A stretch of DNA of 64,000 nt from Saccharolobus islandicus REY15A (lineage in GTDB: Archaea > Thermoproteota > Thermoprotei_A > Sulfolobales > Sulfolobaceae): assembly GCF_000189555.1 (NCBI RefSeq), contig NC_017276.1; one strand, given 5' to 3'. A model generated the notes under the pieces. That model saw only the letters and a list, made by a program, of their open reading frames with translations, was not told the origin of the DNA and did no database searches. Shown here piece after piece: positions 33,356-45,323 of the stretch; positions within the stretch are counted from its first letter, which is position 1, and every line of letters starts with the position of its first letter. Both the position numbers and the translations under genes were made by a program.

Positions 33356-33404
33356 TGAAGCCGCTCCAGACTGTATCGATGATGTTCTCTGCGACGAGCT
33401 GAAC
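33351..33404 (+). ncRNA. C/D box guide sRNA
   Basis: Box C GTGATGA at 33352-33358, D' CTGT at 33371-33374, C' ATGATGT at 33379-33385, box D CTGA at 33399-33402; GC-rich 12-13 nt guides. Confidence 0.75.
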
Positions 33405-33453
33405 GATATTTTTAAAATTAGGGATTACTCAGTATTTCATGAGTGAATAGTAT

Positions 33454-34179
33454 ATGGCGTTCGGACCAGCCGCTATGGGATATGATAGGGCAATAACCAT
33501 ATTCTCGCCCGACGGATCACTATATCAAGTAGACTATGCATTTGAAGCTGTAAAAAAGGGATGGACAGCAATAGGTATTAAATCAAAATCTGGTGTTGTT
33601 ATTGCAAGCGAGAAAAGAAAAGCCCAATCATTATTAGATGTAGATAGTATAGAGAAAGTATTTTTAATCGACGATCATGTAGGGTGCAGTTTTGCTGGGC
33701 TAGCCTCTGATGGTAGAGTTTTAATAGACTATGCGAGAAATATAGCATTACAACATAGGTTAATATATGATGAACCAGTTAGTATTGATTATCTAACAAA
33801 ATCAGTTGCTGATGTTAAGCAAATGTACACACAACATGGAGGAGTTAGACCATTTGGTGTTGCACTAGTGATTGCAGGAATAGACAAATCAGTTCCTAAA
33901 CTATATATGACCGAACCTAGTGGGCAATATATGCCATATCAAGCTGTTGCAATAGGACAAGGTTATTATACAGCTACTGAGTTTTTAGAGAAGAATTACA
34001 AGGAGGACTTGACTATAGAAGATACTATACTCCTAGCCTTAAAGGCCTTATCGGCTACTCTTAAGCCTAATGAAAAGTTAACTCCAAATACTGTGGAAAT
34101 AGGATACGCCTCAACCCAAACTGGGCTGTTTCTAAAAATGACCAGTGAAGATAAGAATATGTATTTACAGAAGTTATAA
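33454..34179 (+). CDS. psmA: Proteasome alpha subunit
   Basis: [22 protein letters not shown]. Confidence 0.97.
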   Translation: MAFGPAAMGYDRAITIFSPDGSLYQVDYAFEAVKKGWTAIGIKSKSGVVIASEKRKAQSLLDVDSIEKVFLIDDHVGCSFAGLASDGRVLIDYARNIALQHRLIYDEPVSIDYLTKSVADVKQMYTQHGGVRPFGVALVIAGIDKSVPKLYMTEPSGQYMPYQAVAIGQGYYTATEFLEKNYKEDLTIEDTILLALKALSATLKPNEKLTPNTVEIGYASTQTGLFLKMTSEDKNMYLQKL

Positions 34180-34196
34180 TAAGGTGGATTTTTTTT

Positions 34197-34898
34197 ATGA
34201 CGAAGGAGCGTGATTATGTAGTAGTTAAATATGACTCACATGGAGAGAGGTTTGAGATATTAGCTAAGCCAAAAGAAGCATTAGCTTTTAGAAGTGGGAA
34301 GAGCATAAGTCTTTCTGATGTAGTAGTTTCTGACACTATTTATAAGGACGTGAAGAAAGGTTTGAAAGCATCTCCAGCATCACTCAAAAAAGTTTTTGGT
34401 ACTACTGATTTCGAGACAATTGTAAAAGAAATTTTACTTAAAGGTGAATTACCGGTAACTGCAGAACAAAGGAAAGAGATGTTAGAAACTAAGAGAAAGC
34501 AAATAATTGATTTTATTCATAGAAACGCCGTTGATCCCAAAACTAATTTACCAATTCCACCAACTAGATTAGAGATGGCAATGGAACAAGCTAGAATACA
34601 AATCGATTTAAACAAAGACGTGGAGGCACAAGCTATGCAAATAGTAAAGGAGATTTCTAAGATAATTCCAATTAAAATAGCGAGAGCTCTGCTTAGTATT
34701 AAAGTACCATCAGAATATAGCTCTAAGGTTAGATCACAATTACATAACTTAGGGGAGGTAAAAAAAGCCAATTGGTTAGAAGATGGTACATTATTAGCTG
34801 AATTGGAAATACCAGCGGGTGCACAGCAAGACGTTATAGATAAGTTAAATAATCTGACAAAAGGAGAAGTTGAAGTTAAAGTATTGCAAGTGAGATAG
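34197..34898 (+). CDS. Ribosome maturation protein SBDS/Sdo1
   Basis: [18 protein letters not shown]. Confidence 0.95.
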   Translation: MTKERDYVVVKYDSHGERFEILAKPKEALAFRSGKSISLSDVVVSDTIYKDVKKGLKASPASLKKVFGTTDFETIVKEILLKGELPVTAEQRKEMLETKRKQIIDFIHRNAVDPKTNLPIPPTRLEMAMEQARIQIDLNKDVEAQAMQIVKEISKIIPIKIARALLSIKVPSEYSSKVRSQLHNLGEVKKANWLEDGTLLAELEIPAGAQQDVIDKLNNLTKGEVEVKVLQVR

Positions 34899-34900
34899 AA

Positions 34901-35644
34901 ATGAGTCAGTCCCAGAAAATTGTTTTACAGCCAAGATCAATAGTAGTGCCTGGCGAGTTATTAGCTGAAGGCGAGTTCCAGATTCCTTGGTCTCCTTATA
35001 TATTAAAGGTTAATAGTAAATATTACTCTACAGTTGTTGGACTTTTTGATGTAAAAGATACTCAGTTTGAAGTGATTCCGTTGGAAGGTTCGTTTTACTA
35101 TCCTAAGGTCAATGATGTGGTAATAGGTTTAGTGGAGGACGTTGAAATCTATGGTTGGGTGGTTGACATAAAATCGCCTTATAAGGCATATTTACCAGCC
35201 TCAAATCTTTTAGGAAGATCCGTTAATGTTGGAGAGGATTTAAGGAGGTATTTAGATGTAGGTGACTATGTTATAGCTAGAATTGAAAATTTTGATAGAT
35301 CAATAGATCCCGTTTTATCAGTTAAGGGCAAGGATCTAGGTCGTGTGAATAATGGTATAGTCATTGATATAATGCCAGTTAAAGTTCCGCGTGTTATAGG
35401 TAAGAATAAAAGTATGTATGAGACTTTGACCTCAAAAAGTGGATGCAGTATGTTTGTTGCCAATAATGGTAGAATATGGGCTACTTGTCCTTCCCGCTTT
35501 TCTGAAGAAATTTTAATCGAGGCCATTAGGAAGATTGAAAATGAGTCACATATAAAAGGATTGACAGATAGAATAAAACAATTCATTGAGGAAAAATTAG
35601 GTGAGAGAAATGCTTCAAGTGGAGAGACCAAAACTAATCTTTGA
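34901..35644 (+). CDS. rrp4: Exosome subunit Rrp4
   Basis: VVPGE, S1 domain, KH motif RVIGKNKSM. Confidence 0.95.
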   Translation: MSQSQKIVLQPRSIVVPGELLAEGEFQIPWSPYILKVNSKYYSTVVGLFDVKDTQFEVIPLEGSFYYPKVNDVVIGLVEDVEIYGWVVDIKSPYKAYLPASNLLGRSVNVGEDLRRYLDVGDYVIARIENFDRSIDPVLSVKGKDLGRVNNGIVIDIMPVKVPRVIGKNKSMYETLTSKSGCSMFVANNGRIWATCPSRFSEEILIEAIRKIENESHIKGLTDRIKQFIEEKLGERNASSGETKTNL

Positions 35645-36347
35645 AGATGGAAAGCGAATAGATGGTAGAAAGCCAGATGAATTAAGGAGTATAAAGATAG
35701 AATTGGGAGTTCTCAAAAACGCTGATGGTTCAGCGATTTTTGAGATGGGAAATACAAAGGCTATAGCAGCGGTTTACGGTCCAAAAGAAATGCATCCAAG
35801 ACACTTATCTCTTCCGGATAGGGCAGTATTAAGAGTTAGATATCATATGACACCATTCTCTACAGACGAGCGAAAGAATCCCGCACCTAGTAGAAGAGAG
35901 ATTGAGCTTTCTAAGGTTATAAGAGAAGCTTTAGAATCAGCTGTTTTAGTGGAATTGTTTCCAAGAACTGCCATAGATGTTTTTACTGAAATATTACAAG
36001 CAGACGCGGGATCCAGATTAGTTTCATTGATGGCTGCGTCTTTGGCGTTAGCTGATGCTGGAATTCCTATGAGAGATTTAATAGCTGGGGTAGCTGTAGG
36101 GAAGGCTGATGGAGTAATAGTTCTAGATTTAAATGAACCCGAGGATATGTGGGGAGAGGCTGATATGCCGGTTGCAATGATGCCTTCTTTAAACCAGGTG
36201 ACGTTATTTCAGTTAAATGGTAATATGACTCCGGAGGAATTTAGGCAAGCTTTTGATTTAGCAGTTAAGGGTATAAATATAATATATAATTTAGAGAGGG
36301 AGGCTCTAAAAAGTAAGTATGTAGAGTTTAAAGAAGAGGGTGTATAG
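35601..36347 (+). CDS. rrp41: Exosome subunit Rrp41
   Basis: [22 protein letters not shown]. Confidence 0.97.
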   Translation: MREMLQVERPKLIFEDGKRIDGRKPDELRSIKIELGVLKNADGSAIFEMGNTKAIAAVYGPKEMHPRHLSLPDRAVLRVRYHMTPFSTDERKNPAPSRREIELSKVIREALESAVLVELFPRTAIDVFTEILQADAGSRLVSLMAASLALADAGIPMRDLIAGVAVGKADGVIVLDLNEPEDMWGEADMPVAMMPSLNQVTLFQLNGNMTPEEFRQAFDLAVKGINIIYNLEREALKSKYVEFKEEGV

Positions 36348-36349
36348 AA

Positions 36350-37177
36350 TTGTCTTCAACTCCATCGAATCAAAATATTATACCTTTAATCAAGAAGGAA
36401 AGTATAGTAAGTCTTTTTGAGAAAGGCACTAGGCAAGACGGAAGAAAATTAACGGATTATAGACCTCTTTCTATAACCCTGGATTATGCAAAAAAGGCTG
36501 ATGGTTCTGCGTTAGTTAAGTTAGGCACGACAATGGTATTAGCTGGGACAAAACTTGAAATAGATAAACCTTATGAAGATACGCCTAACCAAGGAAACCT
36601 CATTGTGAATGTTGAACTCCTACCTTTAGCCTATGAGACCTTTGAACCTGGGCCTCCAGATGAGAATGCTATTGAATTAGCTAGAGTAGTAGATAGAAGT
36701 TTAAGGGATTCTAAAGCTCTAGATCTAACTAAACTTGTAATAGAACCCGGTAAAAGTGTATGGACAGTATGGCTTGATGTTTACGTATTAGACTATGGTG
36801 GGAATGTATTGGATGCATGTACGTTGGCCTCAGTTGCAGCATTGTATAATACTAAAGTGTATAAGGTAGAACAAGATTCTAATGGGTTTAGAGTCAATAA
36901 AAATGAAGTTGTGGGTAAATTACCATTGAATCATCCAGTAGTTACAGTGTCTATAGCAAAAATTGACAAATATTTAATAGTTGATCCAGATTTGGATGAA
37001 GAGTCAATAATGGACACTAAGGTTTCCTTTTCCTATACGCCAGATCTAAAAATAGTGGGGATTCAAAAGAGTGGAAAGGGCAGTATGTCATTACAAGATA
37101 TTGATCAGGCTGAGAATACAGCAAGATTAGTAGCTGTCAAGCTTTTAGAAGAACTTAAAAAGCAGTTAGGAATTTAA
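36350..37177 (+). CDS. rrp42: Exosome subunit Rrp42
   Basis: RQDGR..DYR, ARVVDRSLR, LDYGGN. Confidence 0.97.
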   Translation: MSSTPSNQNIIPLIKKESIVSLFEKGTRQDGRKLTDYRPLSITLDYAKKADGSALVKLGTTMVLAGTKLEIDKPYEDTPNQGNLIVNVELLPLAYETFEPGPPDENAIELARVVDRSLRDSKALDLTKLVIEPGKSVWTVWLDVYVLDYGGNVLDACTLASVAALYNTKVYKVEQDSNGFRVNKNEVVGKLPLNHPVVTVSIAKIDKYLIVDPDLDEESIMDTKVSFSYTPDLKIVGIQKSGKGSMSLQDIDQAENTARLVAVKLLEELKKQLGI

Positions 37178-37192
37178 TTATAGGTGGCAATT

Positions 37193-37405
37193 ATGGGGAA
37201 AGTCACGGGAATTGCTGGAAGATACGGGGCTAGATATGGATCTACTTTAAGAAAAAAGTGGAAAGAAATAATGGAAAAGAGGTATGATGACCATAAATGT
37301 CCCTATTGCAAGACCACTGGTAAGGTTATCAGATTGGCTTCTGGAATATGGTACTGTAAGAAATGTAATTCTAAGTGGGCCGGTCTTGCATATACACCGT
37401 ACTAG
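37193..37405 (+). CDS. rpl37ae: 50S ribosomal protein L37Ae (eL43)
   Basis: AGRYGARYG, CPYC, CKKC; AGGTG SD before the ATG at 37193. Confidence 0.95.
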   Translation: MGKVTGIAGRYGARYGSTLRKKWKEIMEKRYDDHKCPYCKTTGKVIRLASGIWYCKKCNSKWAGLAYTPY

Positions 37406-37898
37406 AATAGTTATAACTTCATCTAGAGATCCTAGTATTAGAACAAGAAATTTTTTAAATATTTTAACTTCTCTGTTACCAGACTCAGTTAAAATTACAC
37501 GGGGTAAAAAAAGTAAGAAAGAGATATTTGAAAGGGCTATTAATTTAGGAGCAATATATTTATTGTTCGTATTAGCTAAGAATGGTAATCCGTTGAGAAT
37601 AATTGTTTATGATTTAGAAACTTTTTCTATAAAATATTTTTTTAAATTACACGGTTTATCACTACCTTCTGACTATAATATCCCATTATATCAGATAAAA
37701 AGGCATAATAGTGTATGCATAGAACTAAATAGGTGTGATTTTCTAAGAGATTTTCTAGTCGATATGAATATCTACAACTTGTCAAATAATTGTGATGTTA
37801 TTGTGAACACGAGGCTAGTCTCTAATGATATTTGTGAACTTTTGTTTACGTTATCTACGAAAAACATTAAGTTTTTGAAGATGCTATTAGAAGTGTGA
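37386..37898 (+). CDS. Brix-domain ribosome biogenesis protein
   Basis: ITSSRDPS.RTR.F, GNP; TTG start at 37386 chosen over 37284. Confidence 0.8.
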   Translation: MHIHRTRIVITSSRDPSIRTRNFLNILTSLLPDSVKITRGKKSKKEIFERAINLGAIYLLFVLAKNGNPLRIIVYDLETFSIKYFFKLHGLSLPSDYNIPLYQIKRHNSVCIELNRCDFLRDFLVDMNIYNLSNNCDVIVNTRLVSNDICELLFTLSTKNIKFLKMLLEV

Positions 37899-38170
37899 AG
37901 ATAGAGATTTCAATTTATCCAGATAATTTCAATAAAAACGAATTACAGGATATAATATATGATTCGATAATAATTGAAAAGATAGATACTAAATATGTAA
38001 AAATTAAGAAATCCCCTTTACAGATTGAGATAGATGCACCATCAATTACAAGAGCTAGGGCTATAATGAACTCTTATATACTTTGGATCTATACAATTCT
38101 AAAGTCACTGGAAGAGGTGGAAAAAAGTGGCCGAGAAATTACCTCCAGAAGTTCAAGCTCAACTAGCTAA
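37895..38170 (+). CDS. pcc1: KEOPS subunit Pcc1
   Basis: [20 protein letters not shown]; conserved position before pfdB. Confidence 0.8.
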   Translation: MKIEISIYPDNFNKNELQDIIYDSIIIEKIDTKYVKIKKSPLQIEIDAPSITRARAIMNSYILWIYTILKSLEEVEKSGREITSRSSSSTS

Positions 38171-38507
38171 GTTTCAACAGTTAAAAGATCAGCTTGATAG
38201 ATTATTATTGGAAAAGTCTACTATAGAGAATGAATTAAGGGAGATAAACAAGGTATTGGAAGAATTATCAGTTCTTAATGCAGATGCTACTATTTATAAG
38301 ATTGTAGGGAATTTATTGGTTAAATCGGATAAGACATCAGTAGAAAAGGAGCTTAATGATAGGAAAGAATTGTTAGAACTCAGATCAAGGACTTATCAGA
38401 AGCAAGAAAGTATTTTAAGAAAGCAGCTAGAAGACTTACAAGCTAAAATAAATGAGATGTTATCGAAATATTATCCGCAAGGTGGCCAAACAGGTATAAA
38501 AGCTTAA
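38127..38507 (+). CDS. pfdB: Prefoldin beta subunit
   Basis: Coiled coils flanking [10 protein letters not shown]. Confidence 0.95.
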   Translation: MAEKLPPEVQAQLAKFQQLKDQLDRLLLEKSTIENELREINKVLEELSVLNADATIYKIVGNLLVKSDKTSVEKELNDRKELLELRSRTYQKQESILRKQLEDLQAKINEMLSKYYPQGGQTGIKA

Positions 38508-38528
38508 GCTAAATAACTTATTAGTGTT

Positions 38529-39230
38529 ATGGTAATTAGAATTTATGCTGATGATAGGGAAAAGGCTAGTGGTATACCAGAATTATTAAAGGAGTTGGGA
38601 ATTACAGTAATATTCTCTCAACTTAGTGTTGCTGATTATGTGATAGGTGAAGATGCTGCAGTAGAGAGGAAGTCGGTAAATGATTTGGTAAATTCGGTTT
38701 TTGACAAGAGGTTTTTTGACCAAATCAGTAGGCTTTCAGAGGTTTATAATTTTCCAATGTTAATTGTTGAAGGTGATATTAATGAAATTAGGAAAATAAC
38801 TGAAAAGTGGAGAGCGATAAATAACGCTTTAATTTCTGCCACGATTGATTATGATGTTAAAGTATTTTATTCTAGAGATAAAAAAGATACTGCGGAAGTT
38901 TTGAAAAAAATAGCAGAGAAGTATCAATTTGGCGAAAATGGGAGTAGGAGAATTAATTTACATAATAAGGCTAAACTAGAAAGTATTTCTGATATGCAAC
39001 TTTATATTGTAGAATCTTTTCCTAATGTTGGTTCTGTACTTGCTGAAAGGCTACTACTTAAGTTTGGAACTATACAGAATATTTGTAATGCGTCTATATC
39101 AGAATTGGAAAAAGCATTAGGTAGTAGGAAAAAAGCTGAGGATATTTATAAAATTTTAAGGGCACACTATTCTAAAACTAACGCTGATAATGATAGTAAG
39201 AAAAGTACCTCTTTATTTGATTTCCTTTAA
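38529..39230 (+). CDS. xpf: XPF/ERCC4 structure-specific endonuclease (short crenarchaeal form)
   Basis: ADY, VERKSVND, tandem HhH, C-terminal PIP box SLFDFL. Confidence 0.95.
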   Translation: MVIRIYADDREKASGIPELLKELGITVIFSQLSVADYVIGEDAAVERKSVNDLVNSVFDKRFFDQISRLSEVYNFPMLIVEGDINEIRKITEKWRAINNALISATIDYDVKVFYSRDKKDTAEVLKKIAEKYQFGENGSRRINLHNKAKLESISDMQLYIVESFPNVGSVLAERLLLKFGTIQNICNASISELEKALGSRKKAEDIYKILRAHYSKTNADNDSKKSTSLFDFL

Positions 39231-39308
39231 ATTTTTTAGTCTCTTTTTTAGCATTACCTTTTAATATGGGTCTAGAGAAGTTTAAGTGCAAGAAGTTGGT
39301 GATTTCAT

Positions 39309-41519
39309 TTGCCTAGATATAAGACAGTAGAGCAAGTTCTAAGCCTAATGAAAGATAGAACGAGAGTTAGGAATATAGGTATAATTGCTCACGTGGATCA
39401 TGGAAAAACCACAACTAGTGATACGTTATTGGCAGCATCTGGTATAATATCTCCTAAAGTAGCAGGTGAAGCTCTAGCATTGGATTACTTAAGTGTTGAG
39501 CAACAAAGAGGTATAACAGTAAAGGCTGCTAACATTAGTTTGTATCACGAAGCGGAAGGTAAAGGTTATGTCATTAACTTAATTGATACACCTGGACACG
39601 TTGATTTCAGCGGAAGAGTCACGAGGAGTCTAAGAGTTTTAGATGGCTCAATCGTAGTTGTGGACGCAGTGGAAGGAATTATGACACAGACTGAAACAGT
39701 ATTAAGGCAAAGCTTGGAGGAGAGAGTCAGACCAATTCTATTTATAAACAAAGTAGATAGATTGGTAAAGGAATTAAAATTAAGCCCACAAGAAATGTTA
39801 AATAGGTTATTAGATATAATTAGGCAAGTTAATAACTTAATTGATATGTATGGAGAACCAGAATTTAAAGAAAAATGGATGATTAATCCACAAGCTGGAA
39901 ATGTGATATTTGGATCTGCTAAAGATAAATGGGGATTTAGTTTACCTATGGCACAGAAAAAAGGAATTAATATGAAGAATGTTATTGACGCATACACTGC
40001 TTCTGATAAGTCTAAACTTGAAGAGCTAGCTGCGCAAGCTCCTATTAATGAAGCGTTACTAGATGCTGCTATAAAGTTCGTTCCCAATCCTATTGAAGCG
40101 CAAAAGTATAGAATTCCAAAAATCTGGAAAGGAGATCTAGATAATGAATTAGCTAAGGCGATGTTAAATGCTGATCCGAATGGTCCCATAGTATTTATGA
40201 TAACCGATATGAAAGTTGATCCTCATGCAGGACTAGTGGCAACAGGAAGAGTATTCTCAGGTACCCTTAGGTCTGGTGAAGAATTGTGGTTAGTTAACGC
40301 TAAGACCTCACAGAGGATACTTCAAGTTAGCCTATACATGGGTCCAACTAGGGAACTTGCAGAAGAAATTCCAGCAGGCAATATCGCAGCAGTATTAGGT
40401 TTAGATAGAGCAAGATCCGGTGAGACAGCTATATCTGTTGGTTTTAGTAATGTTCAAGGAAGTTTTGAAAGATTACATTACATATCTGAACCAGTAGTTA
40501 CTATAGCCGTAGAGCCTAAGAATCCTAAAGATTTGACTAAGATGATTGATGCATTAAGGAAGCTTAGTATTGAAGATCCAAACTTAGTGGTTAAAATAAA
40601 TGAAGAAACTGGAGAATACTTGTTATCTGGAATGGGTTTCTTACATTTGGAGGTATCATTACAGCTATTACGTGAGAATTATGGTATTGACGTAGTTACT
40701 ACTCCGCCAATTGTTGTTTATAGGGAAAGTATAAGAGCTAAGAGCCAAGTATTTGAAGGAAAGTCTCCAAATAAGCATAACAAATTCTACTTAAGTGTGG
40801 AGCCTTTAAATGACAAGACTATAGAGCTAATAAGTAATGGCACGATAAGGGAGGATATGGATAGCAAGGAGATGGCTAAGATATTAAGAGATGAAGCCAG
40901 TTGGGACTATGATGAAGCTAAGAGAATTATTGCAATAGATGAAAACGTTAACGTCTTTGTAGATTTAACTAGTGGTGTCCAGCATTTAAGGGAAGTTATG
41001 GATACAGTACTTCAAGGATTTAGGTTAGCTATGAAAGAAGGTCCTTTAGCTCATGAACCAATTAGAGGTGTTAAGGTCATCTTACATGATGCTGTAATAC
41101 ACGAGGATCCTGCCCATAGAGGCCCAGCTCAGATATACCCTGCAGTTAGAAACTCCATATTTGCAGGATTCTTAACTTCCAGACCGACTTTACTAGAGCC
41201 AATACAGAAACTGGACATAAGAGTGCCTGCAGATCTTATAGGTAATGTCACTGCAGTAATAACGAGAAAAAGAGGAAAGATATTGGACGTCTCTCAAATA
41301 GCTAACATGTCTAGGATAACCGCTGAGATTCCAGTTTCAGAGTCATATGATATGGCGAGTGAACTAAGAGGATCTACTGGAGGTAGAGCGTTCTGGGGTA
41401 CTGAGTTTAGTAGATGGGCTCCGGTTCCGGATAGTATCTTACTGGATGTGGTTACTAAGATTAGAGAGAGGAAAGGATTACCTAAAGAGCTACCTAAAGT
41501 AGAAGATTTCTTGTCGTGA
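39309..41519 (+). CDS. fusA: Elongation factor 2
   Basis: [18 protein letters not shown], diphthamide site HEDPAHRG; TTG start. Confidence 0.98.
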
Positions 41520-41525
41520 GTCGAA

Positions 41526-42254
41526 TTGTCGATTAATTATAAAATATTCAATAATGTAAAGGCAGTGCTTTTTGATTTTGATGATACATTAGTCGACTTT
41601 AGTACGAAGGCTAAGGACGCTTTAGATGCTGTAAGTAAGGATATATATACGTACATAAAGGAGAATTATCGACAAGAAATTGACATAAATATAATTAAGA
41701 AATTAGTAGAAGAGGAAAGTAAGAAATTAGATAACCAAGGGGAGTATAATAGAAATAAATGGTGGGAGAGTATTCTAAAATCATTAAATATTGTTCACAT
41801 AGATAAGTCTCAGCTTTACGATTGGACTAGCTTGTATTGGTCAATTGCTAGCCAAACTGAACCATACGAAGATGCAAAGGAAATTATAGAATATCTAGAT
41901 AGTAAGGGATATAAACTTGGCATAGTTACAAATAGTGATGGAGAAGGGGGAAATAAAAGTAGTAGATTGAAAACCTTTCCCTTAATAGATAAATTCGATT
42001 TGATATTAATAGCTGGAGAAGGAGGTATTAGACCAAAGCCTAATTTAGAGCCGTTTATAATATCATGCGAAAAGCTTTCAGTAGATCCCACTTCGTGTGT
42101 TTTTGTGGGAGACGAGCCAGTAAAAGATTGTTTAGCAGCTAAAAAGGCTAACATGATTAGTGTGCTAATAGACAGAGAAGGTAAAGTGAAAAACGCCGAA
42201 CTTTATGCAGACTTTGTAATATCCAGTCTTAAGCAATTAGAAGAATTTCTTTAA
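41526..42254 (+). CDS. HAD-superfamily hydrolase
   Basis: FDFDDT, VTN, KP, GD..VKD. Confidence 0.9.
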   Translation: MSINYKIFNNVKAVLFDFDDTLVDFSTKAKDALDAVSKDIYTYIKENYRQEIDINIIKKLVEEESKKLDNQGEYNRNKWWESILKSLNIVHIDKSQLYDWTSLYWSIASQTEPYEDAKEIIEYLDSKGYKLGIVTNSDGEGGNKSSRLKTFPLIDKFDLILIAGEGGIRPKPNLEPFIISCEKLSVDPTSCVFVGDEPVKDCLAAKKANMISVLIDREGKVKNAELYADFVISSLKQLEEFL

Positions 42255-43703
42255 TACGAAATAAATTTTGTTAATGTATTCGGTAGTTATTGATTCCTTT
42301 AATTCATTAATATAATATAAATAAAACCTGTAAAATATTTCATCATTTCTTAGTCTTTTTATACATCCTAAATCCTCGATACAAACGTCATTTTTTCTTG
42401 CAATTTTTAATCCCTTAATCTTATGAAATAGTTCAACTGTAGAATAAGGTTGATTAAGTTCTAGTATGCCTCCATATAATTTTACAATCTCTCTATATGC
42501 CTCCATATAATTTTTATCAAGTAAATCCTCAACATTTACTAAGTATGATTTTAGTTCTGCTGGTAATTCCACAAGATCTTTCTTAAGTTCTTCTTTCATT
42601 TCACGTGTTTTATACTCTATATTTTCATTAATTATTCTATTAATTATATCTAATATTGTACTCGCATTTAAAAATGCGTTAGACTTGTCATTTTCTATAA
42701 CGTCGTACTCACCATGATAATGAATATTTCCTAAACTCTCTATTGTAATACTTGGAATTCCAACTTTTATGTATGAATACCCATCGCTATATATCTCAGG
42801 GCTTTCAACTACATTTTTAAAGTATTTCCTGGAGAGTTCAAGAAGTCCAGGTACAGCTTTTAAGATCAAACTTTCCTCACTTATATTATCCATGTTGATG
42901 TTAAGTAAGATATCGTCAGTGTTTTTGTAATTTTTCAAAAATTCTCTAGAACCGTGCGACCATGAGAAGGTTGAGAAATTTAAAGAGCCCGATTCCTCTG
43001 CAGTAAATGAAATTAGATGGGTTTCGTAAACATTAGATCTAAATTCTCTCAATAAAGCCACTGCTAAAAGATTGTCTCTCTCTCCTTTAAACCAATGATC
43101 ATGATGTGCTGTAATATGTATTATCTTATTTTCATTTTTCGAATTTCTTATGGCTTCGATAATATAACCTGTTGCAAAAGGATTTATGTCAGTTTTTAGT
43201 GATATTCTACACCTACCCTTTATGTAAGGAAAATCGTTCTCCTTAATATAAAACGCTGGTATTGGCGGTGGGTAGCTGGGTTGATGGCTTAGAAGGTCTC
43301 CATACTTTATCACGAATTTTCTTTTCTCATTATTTAGGGAAAAGATTATTCCTAAACAATCATTTTCTACTGCCTCTATATACAATTTATTGATTTCGTA
43401 TAGATTTTTTATCCTAATTTTCATTAACTTTCTACCATTACATTCTTTAAAGTTATCTGCTACATCTGCTTCAACCTCAGTTGATAAAGAATATGGAAGC
43501 GAAATTGCATCTATTGTTTTTGATTCGCACTCAAAAATTAGTTCTTTCTGTTCCCAATTAAGAACTCTAATCGGGATTTGCCTAATTTCGTCACTATTAT
43601 CTTCTAGCATTTTTCTAATTTCTCTCACTAATTTTATCTCGTTCTTTGATCCCGTTATTATTTCGCCATAATTAGATAAGGTTTTTAGATGTTGTAATAG
43701 CAC
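42237..43703 (-). CDS. M28-family metallopeptidase-like protein
   Basis: AHHD, DN, AEE, NMD, SDG, HYH. Confidence 0.75.
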   Translation of the reverse strand: MLLQHLKTLSNYGEIITGSKNEIKLVREIRKMLEDNSDEIRQIPIRVLNWEQKELIFECESKTIDAISLPYSLSTEVEADVADNFKECNGRKLMKIRIKNLYEINKLYIEAVENDCLGIIFSLNNEKRKFVIKYGDLLSHQPSYPPPIPAFYIKENDFPYIKGRCRISLKTDINPFATGYIIEAIRNSKNENKIIHITAHHDHWFKGERDNLLAVALLREFRSNVYETHLISFTAEESGSLNFSTFSWSHGSREFLKNYKNTDDILLNINMDNISEESLILKAVPGLLELSRKYFKNVVESPEIYSDGYSYIKVGIPSITIESLGNIHYHGEYDVIENDKSNAFLNASTILDIINRIINENIEYKTREMKEELKKDLVELPAELKSYLVNVEDLLDKNYMEAYREIVKLYGGILELNQPYSTVELFHKIKGLKIARKNDVCIEDLGCIKRLRNDEIFYRFYLYYINELKESITTEYINKIYFVLKKFF

Positions 43704-43712
43704 AAGTGATTT

Positions 43713-44300
43713 ATGAAGAAGTTTTTAAAAATGTTCTTTCCTCATGACGGGATATATGAGGTGTTAGTCGGTACTTCTGGGATAAAACCTATAATAAAAC
43801 CACTAGGTATAATAGTTGAAGCAAATGAGCTTCGATTTAAAATATATAAAAGTACATTAACATATTCTAATCTAGAAAAGAATCGGATATGTTCTATACA
43901 TGTAACCTTAGATATAAATTTTTTCATCCTTTCCATGCTAGATAAGCTGAATTTTAATATGGATAGTGAGTATAATGTCCCAATTCTCAATAATCTGAAT
44001 ATTATTTACGCAGAGTGCAGTAAGGTCTCTAATGCTGATCCATCAATATTTTCAGTAAATCCACTAGATTTAGAAATAAATTCTAATTTAACTAGAGCGT
44101 ATAATAGGGGTGATTACATTTCGGTTGACTTTCTAGTTAATTATACTAGATTAGATATATATAAGGGTGAGGAACTAGAAAAGCTTATTAGAATTTTAGG
44201 TTATGAATTTGGCGTCATAAAACGTACGTCCCCTCAAACTTATAATCTCTTAGGGGAGATAGCGAATAAGATAAGATCAAAAGGTTTTAAGCTAGACTAA
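43713..44300 (+). CDS. DUF447-like (split barrel) protein
   Basis: EVLVGT, KPLGI, S.TY.NL, YNR pattern. Confidence 0.6.
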   Translation: MKKFLKMFFPHDGIYEVLVGTSGIKPIIKPLGIIVEANELRFKIYKSTLTYSNLEKNRICSIHVTLDINFFILSMLDKLNFNMDSEYNVPILNNLNIIYAECSKVSNADPSIFSVNPLDLEINSNLTRAYNRGDYISVDFLVNYTRLDIYKGEELEKLIRILGYEFGVIKRTSPQTYNLLGEIANKIRSKGFKLD

Positions 44301-44312
44301 TTTTCTTTACAT

Positions 44313-45323
44313 ATGACTTTTCAAGTAGCCGTAATTCCTGGTGACGGCATAGGACCAGAGTTATACGAAGGAAGTAAAAGAGTTATAGCTAAGCTAATAG
44401 AGAAATACAATCTTGATATTAACTTAATTGAAGTTGAGGCTGGTGATACAGCATTAAATAAATATGGCGAAGCCTTACCTAAACAAACCTTAAGCGTTAT
44501 AGAAAAGGCGGATATAATTCTAAAAGGTCCAGTTGGAGAGACTGCAATGGATGTTGTAGTTAAATTGAGACAAATGTATGATATGTATGCAAATATTAGA
44601 CCAGCTAAGTCACTGCCAAATGTTCAGTCAAAATATTCTAATGTTGATTTACTAATTGTAAGAGAAAATACAGAAGATTTGTATAAAGGGTTTGAATTTG
44701 TTCCGTCTAGTGGAGTAGCAATAGCTATTAAAGTAACCACTGAGTTTGCCTCTAAAAGAATAGTTAATGTAGCATTAAATTACGCTTTAATTAGACGTCA
44801 TAAAGTTACGTGTGTCCATAAGGCTAACGTTATGAGAATTACGGATGGGCTTTTCGCAAGCGTCTGTAGGGAAGTCTTGAAAGGCAAGGTGAATTTCGAT
44901 GAGATGTATGTTGATGCAGCTGCCGCCAATTTAGTGCGAGATCCAACTCGGTTTGACGTAATAGTGACTAGTAACGTTTATGGCGATATTCTAAGTGATG
45001 AGGCTAGTCAGATAGCTGGAAGTTTGGGTCTAGCTCCATCTGCAAATATTGGAGATAGGAAATCTATGTTTGAACCAGTACATGGCGCAGCTTTTGATAT
45101 TGCAGGAAAAGGGATAGCTAATCCTACCGCATTTCTATTATCTGTCTCCATGATGCTTAGTAGAATGTATGATGTATCTAAGGAGAATAAATATATATTG
45201 GCATCAAAATCGTTAGAGGGTGCAATTATAGAGACCTACAAAAGTGGGAATAAGCTAACGGAGGATGTTGGCGGTAATGCTAAGTTAAAGGATATGGTGG
45301 ATGAAATATATAAGTATATATGA
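44313..45323 (+). CDS. leuB: 3-isopropylmalate dehydrogenase
   Basis: PGDGIGPE, NIRP, RENTED.Y, HKANV, N.YGDILSD, EPVHG. Confidence 0.9.
   Translation: MTFQVAVIPGDGIGPELYEGSKRVIAKLIEKYNLDINLIEVEAGDTALNKYGEALPKQTLSVIEKADIILKGPVGETAMDVVVKLRQMYDMYANIRPAKSLPNVQSKYSNVDLLIVRENTEDLYKGFEFVPSSGVAIAIKVTTEFASKRIVNVALNYALIRRHKVTCVHKANVMRITDGLFASVCREVLKGKVNFDEMYVDAAAANLVRDPTRFDVIVTSNVYGDILSDEASQIAGSLGLAPSANIGDRKSMFEPVHGAAFDIAGKGIANPTAFLLSVSMMLSRMYDVSKENKYILASKSLEGAIIETYKSGNKLTEDVGGNAKLKDMVDEIYKYI

Noticed and set aside
39309-41519. EF-2 gene away from the rps12-rps7 cluster
   Set aside because: A known Sulfolobales arrangement, not novel
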